Positions 9,286 to 17,562 of a stretch of 59,417 nt of DNA are shown here, piece after piece. The notes beneath the pieces are model-generated. The model ran no database searches. It was not told the origin of the DNA and saw only the letters and a program-made list of their open reading frames with translations. This DNA is from a virus, in the IMG/VR virus record IMGVR_UViG_3300003322_000298, positions 1 to 59,417 of that record; one strand, given 5' to 3'. Within the stretch, counting starts at the first letter, position 1; each line of letters opens with the position of its first letter. Both the position numbers and the translations under genes were made by a program.

Positions 9286-10559
9286 GCACAAAGAGAATCA
9301 GCCCCATGGAGCGCCTGGCCGACAGCGTGATGGCCGCGCTTCGCGGCTTCGTCGAATCGGCCGAGCGCCGCATCATGGGCAACGTCGAAAAGCGCTTCAA
9401 GGATCTGCCGGCCCCGCGCGACGGGAAGGACGGCCGCAGCGTCGAGCCGGAAGACGTGCGGAAGATGGTCGGCGAAGTCGTGGCCGCACTGGAGCTGCGC
9501 AGTGGCGAGGACGGCCGGGAAGGCCCTCCCGGCAAGGATGCGCCACCCGTCGATCTCGACGCGCTCAAAGAGAAGGTCCTGCCCGACCTGCTCAAGGCGG
9601 CCGACGACAAGATCGCCAATGTCGTGGCTCAGCTGCCGAGCGCGGAGGAAATGAAGGGCGAACCCGGCGACAAGGGTGAAGCCGGTCCGGCCGGTCCGGC
9701 CGGAGAGTCGGTGAGCGCCGAGCAGGTCGCAGTCCAGGTGCTGCCAGGCCTGCAGGCCATGGCCAAAGAGCTGATCGAGACGGCTGTCTCGGCCATTCCC
9801 GATCCGGAGCAGCTCAAGGGTCCGCAGGGTGAGCGCGGACCGGCGGGCGAGTCCGGCGTTGCGCCGACCGTCGCCGAGGTGGCCGAAGCCGTGCTGCCCA
9901 CCGTCAAGGAGGCCGCGCTTGTCGAGGTGGCGAAGATCGAGCCGCGCGCTGGCAAGGATGCCGACCCCGCGGAGATCGTCGAGCGGCTGATGCCGGTCGT
10001 GCGCGAGCAGTTGGAAGCGCTGGTGAAGGCCATCCCGCTGGCGAGGGACGGCCGCGACGGCGCTCCCGGGCGTGACGCCGCGCAGGTCGAGGTAATGCCG
10101 GCGCTCGACGAAAAGCGGGTGTACCCGCGCAGCACCTTCGCTCAGCACAAGGGCGGCCTCTGGCGCAGCCACAAGACAACCGAGGGCATGCTCGGCTGGG
10201 ACTGCATCGTGCGCGGCGTCGACAGCCTGGATATTGAGCAGGACGCCGAAGACCCGCGGCTCTTCCGCGTCGTCTCGACGCTTTCCGATGGCACGCGCGA
10301 GGAGAAGCAGCTGCGCATCCCCGCGGTGATCGATCGCGGCGTGTTCAAGGATGGCGAGGAGTACCAGAAGGGTGACGGCGTCACATGGGCGCGGCACTAC
10401 TGGATTGCCAAGCGCGACACGAAAGCCAAACCCGACGGTGGCGACGACTGGCGCCTTGCCGTCAAGTCCGGCCGTGATGGCCGCGACGGCAAAGACGGGA
10501 AGGACGGCGAGCGCGGCCCGCGCGGCGAACCCGGCAAGATCATCGGAGGCCTGCCATGA
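9282..10559 (+). CDS. collagen-like repeat protein
   Basis: Five Gly-X-Y blocks, for example GEPGDKGEAGPAGPAGES and GRDGRDGKDGKDGERGPRGEPG. Shares a P-x-P-R-D-G-x-D-G motif with 6615-7157. Confidence 0.75.
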   Translation: MSTKRISPMERLADSVMAALRGFVESAERRIMGNVEKRFKDLPAPRDGKDGRSVEPEDVRKMVGEVVAALELRSGEDGREGPPGKDAPPVDLDALKEKVLPDLLKAADDKIANVVAQLPSAEEMKGEPGDKGEAGPAGPAGESVSAEQVAVQVLPGLQAMAKELIETAVSAIPDPEQLKGPQGERGPAGESGVAPTVAEVAEAVLPTVKEAALVEVAKIEPRAGKDADPAEIVERLMPVVREQLEALVKAIPLARDGRDGAPGRDAAQVEVMPALDEKRVYPRSTFAQHKGGLWRSHKTTEGMLGWDCIVRGVDSLDIEQDAEDPRLFRVVSTLSDGTREEKQLRIPAVIDRGVFKDGEEYQKGDGVTWARHYWIAKRDTKAKPDGGDDWRLAVKSGRDGRDGKDGKDGERGPRGEPGKIIGGLP

Positions 10560-11191
10560 TCGATTCGAACCCCATCGCGATCACGGCGCCGGAGTCGAGC
10601 GCACTGTCCTTCATCAGCCTCGACCGTCTGCGCGCGCAGTGCGAGATCGTGCCGACCGAAGAGGACAGCGACGGCGTGCAGAGTCACCCCGACGACGCGC
10701 TGATCACTGGCTACCTGGAAAGCGCGATCGAGAAGGCCGAGGATTTCACGGGCCTCGCGATCTCGCTGCGCACCTGGGAGCAGGGCCGCGACGGCTACCC
10801 CATGTGGGGACGCGCGCCCATCGAGATCCTCCGGCCACCGCTCGTGCAGTTCATTTCCTTCACGTCGTCACAGGACAGCGACGGCGAGGTCGACCCGGCC
10901 ACGTACATCGTCGACCCGTTCGGACCCGTGGCCAGGCTGCGGCCGGTGACGTGCTGGCCCATCAGCTGCAACCCGGCACCGGCCTCGATGCGGCTGCGCT
11001 TCCGCGCGGGCTACAGCAACGAAGACAGCGATGCGAAGCCGCTGCCGGGGTTGATCCGCCAGGCGCTGCTGCTCACCGTCGCCGAGTGGTACAAGAATCG
11101 CGAAAACACCGTCGAGGGAGCCGTGCAGGAGCTGCCGGCGAGCGCGATGCACCTCCTGCGGCCTCGCCGCGTTCGCCTGGGGATGGCCTGA
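10556..11191 (+). CDS. head-tail connector (gp6-like)
   Basis: Position and N-terminal pattern (ALITGYLESAIEKAEDFTG) typical of Phage_connect_1 proteins. Confidence 0.75.
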   Translation: MIDSNPIAITAPESSALSFISLDRLRAQCEIVPTEEDSDGVQSHPDDALITGYLESAIEKAEDFTGLAISLRTWEQGRDGYPMWGRAPIEILRPPLVQFISFTSSQDSDGEVDPATYIVDPFGPVARLRPVTCWPISCNPAPASMRLRFRAGYSNEDSDAKPLPGLIRQALLLTVAEWYKNRENTVEGAVQELPASAMHLLRPRRVRLGMA

Positions 11192-11192
11192 C

Positions 11193-11561
11193 ATGCGCCG
11201 CGTAAGCGCGGGCCGCCTGCGGCACTGGCTGACCTTCGAGCGCCTGACCGTCGAGAACGACAGCGACGGCGCTCAGGTCGAGGCTTGGGTTCCCGCCTTC
11301 CCGGTGGGCCACATCATGCCGGCTGAGGTGACGCCGATCAGTGGTCGCGAGTTCATCGCCGCCGCCGCGACGCAGTCCAAGGTGACGCATCGCATCAAGA
11401 TCCGCTACCGAGAGGAGTTCCTCGCTCTGGGCTTCACGATGCGCGCGCGCACGGCCCGCAGCGGCCTGGTGTTCAATATCGAAGGGGCGCTCCCCGACCC
11501 CGACAGCGGCGTGCGGTACATAACGCTGATGGCTTCGTCTGGCATCAGCCCGGGGATGTAA
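11193..11561 (+). CDS. head-tail adaptor / head closure protein
   Basis: 122 aa. RLRHWLTFE...VTHRIKIRYR pattern typical of Phage_H_T_join proteins. Confidence 0.78.
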   Translation: MRRVSAGRLRHWLTFERLTVENDSDGAQVEAWVPAFPVGHIMPAEVTPISGREFIAAAATQSKVTHRIKIRYREEFLALGFTMRARTARSGLVFNIEGALPDPDSGVRYITLMASSGISPGM

Positions 11562-12160
11562 TGATCAAGGCGCGGCAGCCCGACTTCCGCGGGCGCACGG
11601 TAGCCGTGCTCGCCAGTGGACCGAGCCTGAGGCAGGAAGACATCGAGGCCGTGCGCGAGAGCGGGTGGGTCGCGATCGTCACGAATGCGACGTTCCTGCA
11701 TGCACCGTGGGCCGACGTGCTCTTCGGCTTCGACGCGCGCTTCTGGGGGGTCTACGGGCAACGCGCGAAGCTGGAATTCAAGGGCAGGATGGTGACGCAC
11801 TCGCAGACGCTTCCCAATGCGCACAGCGTCGAGTCCACGCACGGCTGCGAGTGGTTTATGCCGGCCGGCAACTCCGGGGCGTGCGCGGCGAACTACGCAC
11901 TCGCCGGCCACCCGGAGCGCGTCATCCTGCTGGGTTGCGACGCGCAGCTCACCGGTGGCCGCGCGCACTTCTTCGGAAACCACGAGGGTGGCCTGACGAA
12001 TTGCCTTTCGATCGGCCGTTGGCCCTCTGACTTCAAACAGGTGGCAGCGAAGGCGGCGATGATGCGCATCGCCGTGATCAATGCGAGCCGCGAGACGAGG
12101 CTCGACTGTTTCCCGCGAGCAGCGCTCGAAGACTTGCTGCCGGCGAAGGTGAATGCGTGA
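11561..12160 (+). CDS. DUF115/Maf-like (sialyltransferase-fold) protein
   Basis: VAVLASGPSL nucleotide-sugar-binding-like N-terminus and AGNSGACAANYALAGHPERVILLGCD core. Confidence 0.6.
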   Translation: MIKARQPDFRGRTVAVLASGPSLRQEDIEAVRESGWVAIVTNATFLHAPWADVLFGFDARFWGVYGQRAKLEFKGRMVTHSQTLPNAHSVESTHGCEWFMPAGNSGACAANYALAGHPERVILLGCDAQLTGGRAHFFGNHEGGLTNCLSIGRWPSDFKQVAAKAAMMRIAVINASRETRLDCFPRAALEDLLPAKVNA

Positions 12161-12951
12161 AGACCATCCGCGGCGGGCGAGGCCTTGGTGACACGCTGTA
12201 TCTGCAGGCGATCGTGCGCTACCTGGTGGCCCAGCATGACGAGGTGATTCAGGCGGCGTCAGATTTCCCTGACGTGTTCCGCACCCTCGGCAGGCGGGTT
12301 CGGGTCATACCATTCACTCGCGTCGGCGTCGGCATCGTGGCGCACTACGTGGCGCGCAAAGGCATGCCTGGCACAACGCAGTTCGAGGACATGTGCCTCT
12401 CGGCCGGCATTAGAAAGCCTGTCGACCTCGTGCTCGACTGGAAAGTAATAGACGAGGAAATCGTGCGGCTCGTGAAGGCGCCCGGCAAGCCAGTGATCTG
12501 TGTGCAGCTGCCACGCGCACCGATGGGGCGTACGGATGGGTTCGGCCACGATATCCTGCCGAACTGCGACGCCATCCAGCATGCATTGGAGGCACTGGCC
12601 GGCCGAGTCACCATCGTGCAGATAGGTGCCGGCAAGCCGCTGTATAGCTTCCGCGGCGTAGTCGACATCAACCTAGCCGATCAGACGAGCGTGTCTCAAC
12701 TGCTCGACGTGGCATCGGTGGCCGATGGCTTCGTCGGGTATCCGAGCTTCATCGTGCCGCTGGCCGAGTGCTTCGACCAGCCTTCGCTGATCGTATGGTC
12801 AGCACTAGGCCTGCAGTCCCTCGACCCGTTCATCAACAGGATCGCGCCTGGCAAGGTGCTGCACAAGAAGACCAGCAGGGCAGTTATCGACACCATGTCT
12901 AGAGAGGAGATCGCAAATGCAGCTGTCGCCCAGTTTCTGCACAAAGGCTGA
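12157..12951 (+). CDS. glycosyltransferase family 9-like (heptosyltransferase fold)
   Basis: N-terminal GRGLGDTLYLQAIVRYL and C-terminal LADQTSVSQLLDVASVADGFVGYPSFIVPLAE resemble GT9 signatures. Confidence 0.55.
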   Translation: MKTIRGGRGLGDTLYLQAIVRYLVAQHDEVIQAASDFPDVFRTLGRRVRVIPFTRVGVGIVAHYVARKGMPGTTQFEDMCLSAGIRKPVDLVLDWKVIDEEIVRLVKAPGKPVICVQLPRAPMGRTDGFGHDILPNCDAIQHALEALAGRVTIVQIGAGKPLYSFRGVVDINLADQTSVSQLLDVASVADGFVGYPSFIVPLAECFDQPSLIVWSALGLQSLDPFINRIAPGKVLHKKTSRAVIDTMSREEIANAAVAQFLHKG

Positions 12952-13597
12952 GGTAGCCAAGACCTTCGCCGGCAAGCGCGTGGCCATCGTCGGCAGCGGT
13001 CCCGGCGCGCTCGACAACGAACCCGGCTTCATCGACTCGCACGACGTCGTCGTGCGCGTGAACAATTACAAGCTCAGCGAGTCAACTGGCTTTCGGTGCG
13101 ATGTGCACTATTCCTTCTATGGATCGTCGATCAAGAAGGATCGACTCGAACTGGCCGCCGACGGCGTGCGCCTGGTCATGTGCAAGTGCCCCGATGCGAA
13201 GTTCATGGAGAGCGAGTGGCATCGCAGAATGAACAAGCCGCACGGCGTGGACTTCCGCTACATCTACGCGATGCGGCGCGACTGGTGGTTTTGCCCGACA
13301 TACATCCCCAGCGCGGAGGAGTTCCAGCGGAGCTTCGACCTGCTGGCCCAGCACATCCCATCGACTGGCTTCTCTGCGATCCTCGCCGTGCGCGAGCAAC
13401 GTCCGGCCAGCATCTATCTCACAGGTTTCGACTTCTTCGCGTCGCGCGTGCACAACGTCAACGAACCGTGGCGTCCCGGCAATCCCGATGATCCGATTGG
13501 CCACGCGCCGGAGTTAGAGCGAGCATGGCTTCGCGGTCGACTTCACGAAGGCATCACGATGGATGCCCGGCTTGCTTCCATCATGAAAGGGGAATGA
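12917..13597 (+). CDS. CstII/GT42-GT29-like sialyltransferase
   Basis: KRVAIVGSGPGALDNEPGFIDSHDVVVRVNNY, PSTGFSAILAV...IYLTGFDFF and PIGHAPELE match sialyl-motif L/S-like and CstII catalytic-His contexts. This is recalled from memory. Confidence 0.65.
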   Translation: MQLSPSFCTKAEVAKTFAGKRVAIVGSGPGALDNEPGFIDSHDVVVRVNNYKLSESTGFRCDVHYSFYGSSIKKDRLELAADGVRLVMCKCPDAKFMESEWHRRMNKPHGVDFRYIYAMRRDWWFCPTYIPSAEEFQRSFDLLAQHIPSTGFSAILAVREQRPASIYLTGFDFFASRVHNVNEPWRPGNPDDPIGHAPELERAWLRGRLHEGITMDARLASIMKGE

Positions 13598-13598
13598 C

Positions 13599-14174
13599 GT
13601 GCAATTCTGGTCAGCTGAAATTGAGAAGCAGGTCGGGGCGCGAGTGCAGATGGTGCTCGAAGATCCGCAGCTGCTGAAGGCATACCAGAGATTCGGCGCC
13701 GACATTCTGCGCAGGTCGAGCGTGTTCCACGGCCTCGACAAATTCCTGCGCGACACCGGTGTGCGCGGCGAGCGATGCTTCGAGATCGGCACATGGAATG
13801 GCCTTACCGCGGTCATCCTTTCGCGCTACTTCGACGAGGTGGTGAGCGTCGACATCGCTCATAACGCCGTCAAACACGAGGTGCTCGACTACCTCGGCGT
13901 GCGCAACGTGACGTGCATCGACATCCGCGACAACAGCCACAAAGCCCAAGTCGCGAACCGCATGTACTTCGACTTCGCCTATCTCGATGGCGACCATGCC
14001 AGCGACACCGCCGACGACTGGGCGCTGACGAAGAAGGCCGGGCGCGTGCTCTTCCACGAGGTGTGGCCGCATCAGCCGCCCGTCTGGGAACTGGTCCACC
14101 AGCAGCACCCAGCAGAGGTGACGTTCAACGGCCAAGGTCTGGCGCTCTGGCAAGCCCGGGAGAAGCGTGTATGA
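13599..14174 (+). CDS. class I SAM-dependent methyltransferase
   Basis: GTG start. CFEIGTWNGLTAVIL (motif I) and FDFAYLDGDH. Confidence 0.72.
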   Translation: MQFWSAEIEKQVGARVQMVLEDPQLLKAYQRFGADILRRSSVFHGLDKFLRDTGVRGERCFEIGTWNGLTAVILSRYFDEVVSVDIAHNAVKHEVLDYLGVRNVTCIDIRDNSHKAQVANRMYFDFAYLDGDHASDTADDWALTKKAGRVLFHEVWPHQPPVWELVHQQHPAEVTFNGQGLALWQAREKRV

Positions 14175-14680
14175 GTCTCTATCGATACAAAGGCGAGCTG
14201 TTCCCCGACTACCTGAAGACGGGCAATGCATGCCAGCACATCGCCGCCACGGCCCTGCACTTCTGCAAGGGCTATGGCGTCGACGTCGGCGCGAACGAGT
14301 GGCCGCTTCCCGGCGCGATTCCCGTCGACAGCAAGCACGGCGGCGACGCAATGAACCTGCCGGGCTCGGAATTCGACTTCGTCTTCAGCAGCCATTGCCT
14401 GGAGCACTTGCCGAATCCGATCGCGGCGCTGGATCACTGGATTGCCAGCCTGCGCGATGGCGGCGTGCTGTTCCTGTATCTTCCCCACCCAGATATGACG
14501 TATTGGCGCCCGCAGAACTGCAGGAAGCATCTGCACAGCTGGCGGCCTGCCGACATGGCGCAGATCTTGAAGGATCTCGGCCTCCAGTCGGTGATTCACG
14601 GCGAGCGCGACCTCGCCTGGAGCTTCGCAGTGGTCGGTTACAAGCACGGTGGTTTCGGAGACAGCTGGGAGACGAGCTGA
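14171..14680 (+). CDS. class I SAM-dependent methyltransferase
   Basis: ATG 14171 (ATGA coupling). GVDVGAN...FDFVFSSHCLEHLPNP...LRDGGVLFLYLP. Confidence 0.72.
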   Translation: MSLYRYKGELFPDYLKTGNACQHIAATALHFCKGYGVDVGANEWPLPGAIPVDSKHGGDAMNLPGSEFDFVFSSHCLEHLPNPIAALDHWIASLRDGGVLFLYLPHPDMTYWRPQNCRKHLHSWRPADMAQILKDLGLQSVIHGERDLAWSFAVVGYKHGGFGDSWETS

Positions 14681-15327
14681 TGGACCGTTTCATTGCCAGG
14701 ATGCAGGGCGAGCGCGATGGTGACCTCGTGCTCTGCCACGAGTTCGGCGTCGCCTACCAGGCCGACATGACGCCCACGGCTGCGTATGACGACAGCTACT
14801 TCGACAAGTGCGCGGGCTACGAAGGCAGCGAGATCGCCGAGAAGATCAACGCGGGCCGCGTGGCCTTCGTGAACAAGCATATGGGCGGCAATCGCGTGCT
14901 CGACGTCGGCATCGGCTCCGGCGAGTTCATTCGCCGCCGGCCCAACACGTGGGGAACCGATGTGAACCCGCGGGCCCTGAAGTGGCTGCGAGACAACGGC
15001 CACCAGGCCGATGACTTCGATGGCTTCGCCGGCTACACGTTCTGGGACGTGATCGAGCACGTGCCGGCGCCAGAGGAGTACCTGAGGCACGTGCAGCTCG
15101 GCGCCTACGTCTTCACGTCGATCCCCATCGTGTACGGCCTGCGCGCGGTGCGGCAGTCGAAGCACTACAGACCCGGCGAGCACCTCTACTACTGGACCGA
15201 GCAGGGCTTCACCAACTGGATGCGCATGCACGGCTTCATGCTGCTGGAGACGTCGCGATTCGAGATCGACGCAGGCCGCGAGTCCATCATGTCGTTCACC
15301 TTCAAGCGCTTCGCCTGGCCGCGCTGA
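14680..15327 (+). CDS. class I SAM-dependent methyltransferase
   Basis: ATG 14680 overlaps the upstream TGA. VLDVGIGSGEF...WDVIEHVPAPEEYL. Confidence 0.72.
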   Translation: MDRFIARMQGERDGDLVLCHEFGVAYQADMTPTAAYDDSYFDKCAGYEGSEIAEKINAGRVAFVNKHMGGNRVLDVGIGSGEFIRRRPNTWGTDVNPRALKWLRDNGHQADDFDGFAGYTFWDVIEHVPAPEEYLRHVQLGAYVFTSIPIVYGLRAVRQSKHYRPGEHLYYWTEQGFTNWMRMHGFMLLETSRFEIDAGRESIMSFTFKRFAWPR

Positions 15328-15336
15328 CGCGCGACA

Positions 15337-15858
15337 ATGCCGGCCATGGCCTCTGATCTCGTCGAATTCAAGCTGAACGGCGTCGACGGCGTGCTCGACA
15401 TGCTCAAGTCTTTGCCGGCCGAGGTGGTGAGCAAGCGCGGAGGCGTCGTCAAGATAGCGCTTCGCAAGGGTGCGCGCGTGATCCTGCAGGCCGAGAAGGT
15501 CGCGCTTCAGCGCTCGATCAATGCCGGCGTGTCCGAAGAGGAAAGCACGGGGCTGCTCATGAAGAGCCTGGTCGTCACGCGCGGCAAGCCGCCGATCGGC
15601 GGCAAGGGTGAGCGCTACCTGACGCGGGTCAAGCTCAAGGCATACGACGGCCAGTCGCTGAAGAAGAAGCAGAAGCGCGGCAAGCGCGTGACGACGTTGA
15701 AAACCGCGCAGCTGATGGAATACGGCAGCGGCCACCAGGAGGCGCAGCCGTGGATCCGCCCGGCATTCAAGGCCAAGGCAGCCGAGGCGATCGCCGTCGT
15801 CGAGCGTGAGACCGTGGCAGGCATCGAGCAGGCCGTGAAGAAGCTACTCAAGACCTGA
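15337..15858 (+). CDS. HK97 gp10-like tail/neck component
   Basis: 173 aa. QPWIRPAFKAK motif and position ahead of the tail genes. Confidence 0.75.
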   Translation: MPAMASDLVEFKLNGVDGVLDMLKSLPAEVVSKRGGVVKIALRKGARVILQAEKVALQRSINAGVSEEESTGLLMKSLVVTRGKPPIGGKGERYLTRVKLKAYDGQSLKKKQKRGKRVTTLKTAQLMEYGSGHQEAQPWIRPAFKAKAAEAIAVVERETVAGIEQAVKKLLKT

Positions 15859-15869
15859 GAGGAAACAAA

Positions 15870-16247
15870 ATGCTGCCACCGGTATACCGCGACCTCAAAA
15901 ACTCGACGCGTGTCGTCGAGATTGTGGCCGACCGCATCTTTCGGCGCGGCGTGGTCGCGCTGCCGCAGAGCGGCCCCTACCTGACGTGGTTCCTCGTGAC
16001 TGGCGTACCTGAGAACACGCTGAGCGAGACGCCTGCTGTCGACAGGATGACGGTGCAGATCGACGTCTGGGCGCCCACGGACAAGCAATGCGAGGTTTTG
16101 GCGACGGCTGTGCGCGACGCACTGGAAGACAAAGCTCACATGACGGGGATGCCGATCGACGGACGCGATCCGGACACGAAACTTTGGCGGCTAGCGCTGG
16201 AGTTCGACTACTTCGTCGGCAGACCTGCGCTGGAGCCGACGAGCTAG
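15870..16247 (+). CDS. DUF3168-like tail completion/terminator protein
   Basis: 125 aa, position and N-terminal pattern. Ends with TAG. Confidence 0.7.
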   Translation: MLPPVYRDLKNSTRVVEIVADRIFRRGVVALPQSGPYLTWFLVTGVPENTLSETPAVDRMTVQIDVWAPTDKQCEVLATAVRDALEDKAHMTGMPIDGRDPDTKLWRLALEFDYFVGRPALEPTS

Positions 16248-16266
16248 CCTAGAATCGTGTCGGACC

Positions 16267-16288
16267 CGACGGGGGTGCAACCCCGTCG
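16267..16288 (+). promoter_or_regulatory. stem-loop upstream of the major tail gene
   Basis: CGACGGGG-gtgcaa-CCCCGTCG, an 8-bp stem with no T tract. Confidence 0.35.
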
Positions 16289-16375
16289 AGCCCTGACCCT
16301 TGCGACTGGCTGGAGCCGCAGTGGCTTCGATGATTGTCTCTTAACCGCCCACTGGGCACTCTAGGAGCAACCGCC

Positions 16376-16882
16376 ATGACGCAAGGCACTTTGAAAACTC
16401 AGGGATCCGAGCTGTTCGGGATCGACAACTACACGACGACCGATCCGACGCTCTTCAAGATGGCATGCCCGACGGGCATTCAGGGCCTCGGCGGCCCCGC
16501 CGACCAACTCGACGACACTTGCCTCGACAGCGCCGAACGAACCTTCAAGCGCGGCCTCGGCAACCCCGGCCAAGTGACCGTTCCCTTCAATTTCATTCCG
16601 ACGAATACGTCGCATCAGCTGATTAACGCCCTCAAGGAGGACGGCCGCCTGCTGCGCTGGATGATCGGCTTCAGCGATGGCAGCACGGCCCCGACGGTCA
16701 GTGTCGACACCGACGGCGCCGGCTCCTTCGTGGCGCCTGGCTCGCGTACCACGGCCGAATTCGATGCCTACGTCGCCGACGTAAACATCGACATCGCGAC
16801 GAACGAGATCGTTCGCGGGACGATGATCCTGCAGCGCTCCGGCTCGGTGCAGTGGCACTACAACGCTCCGCAGCCGACATGA
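16376..16882 (+). CDS. major tail tube protein
   Basis: ATG 16376 with AGGAG at 16364-16368. Size and position are typical. Confidence 0.78.
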   Translation: MTQGTLKTQGSELFGIDNYTTTDPTLFKMACPTGIQGLGGPADQLDDTCLDSAERTFKRGLGNPGQVTVPFNFIPTNTSHQLINALKEDGRLLRWMIGFSDGSTAPTVSVDTDGAGSFVAPGSRTTAEFDAYVADVNIDIATNEIVRGTMILQRSGSVQWHYNAPQPT

Positions 16883-17217
16883 GCCGCGCGCTGCTGGGGG
16901 AAGCCTCGCTCTATCGAGGCGACAAGCCGCACGAGCGCGTCATTCAATTGCCGAATGGCACGTCGGGCACCTTCTACATCCGCGATCTGCGCGAGATCGA
17001 GGTCGAGGCCTACTTCGAGAAGCAACGGGCCGGTGGCGAACAGCAGATGCTGGCCGAGATCGATCTCTGCGTCGCAGCCATCATGGAGCCGGACGGAGAG
17101 ACCCCATCTCTCGATACCGACCATGCATCTCGCTTGAAGATGGCGGTTCGCAAGCGGCTTGTGCATGCCATCCTCGAAGTGAACGGCTTCATCGACGCGG
17201 AGAAGGCGGGAAACTGA
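16879..17217 (+). CDS. tail assembly chaperone (gpG-like)
   Basis: Lies between the tail tube and tape measure genes. Ends right after a slippery heptamer. Confidence 0.8.
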   Translation: MSRALLGEASLYRGDKPHERVIQLPNGTSGTFYIRDLREIEVEAYFEKQRAGGEQQMLAEIDLCVAAIMEPDGETPSLDTDHASRLKMAVRKRLVHAILEVNGFIDAEKAGN

Positions 17218-17552
17218 TCGCCGCCCAGGGCTCGCGCTGGTTCTGGCATGTGCTAGCGCTTGGTCTGGGCGGACGCTCAATCGCGGAGTGGCAAAGCGTG
17301 ATGTCGGCCACCGAATTTCAGTCGTGGGTGGAATTCTGGAAAGCGCACCCATTCGATGATGAAGCCCGCTATCTGCGGCCTGCTGCGCGGCTCCTGCATG
17401 CGCAGATCGGCGGCAGCTTCGAGGAACATCTGCGCTGGATGCGTCGGAAGATCGATGTCGAGACGGTTGCGCCGCCAGCACCCGAAGGCGGATGGAGTCA
17501 AGCGGACCTGAACACGTTCAAGGCCCTGGGCGCCGTGATACCGCGCGCGTGA
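16879..17552 (+). CDS. tail assembly chaperone frameshift product (gpGT-like)
   Basis: 16879-17214 joined by a -1 shift to 17214-17552. The downstream frame has no convincing independent start or RBS. Confidence 0.7.
17208..17214 (+). promoter_or_regulatory. -1 programmed frameshift slippery site G_GGA_AAC
   Basis: X_XXY_YYZ in the correct register, 1 codon before the TGA. The -1 frame is open from 17214 to 17552. Confidence 0.75.
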
Positions 17553-17562
17553 AGGAGAGAGC

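Noticed and set aside
14167-15327. 386-aa ORF suggesting one large protein.
   Set aside because: Its first 171 codons are an out-of-frame overlap with the preceding methyltransferase gene and are Arg-rich. The methyltransferase motifs start after ATG 14680, which overlaps the upstream stop.
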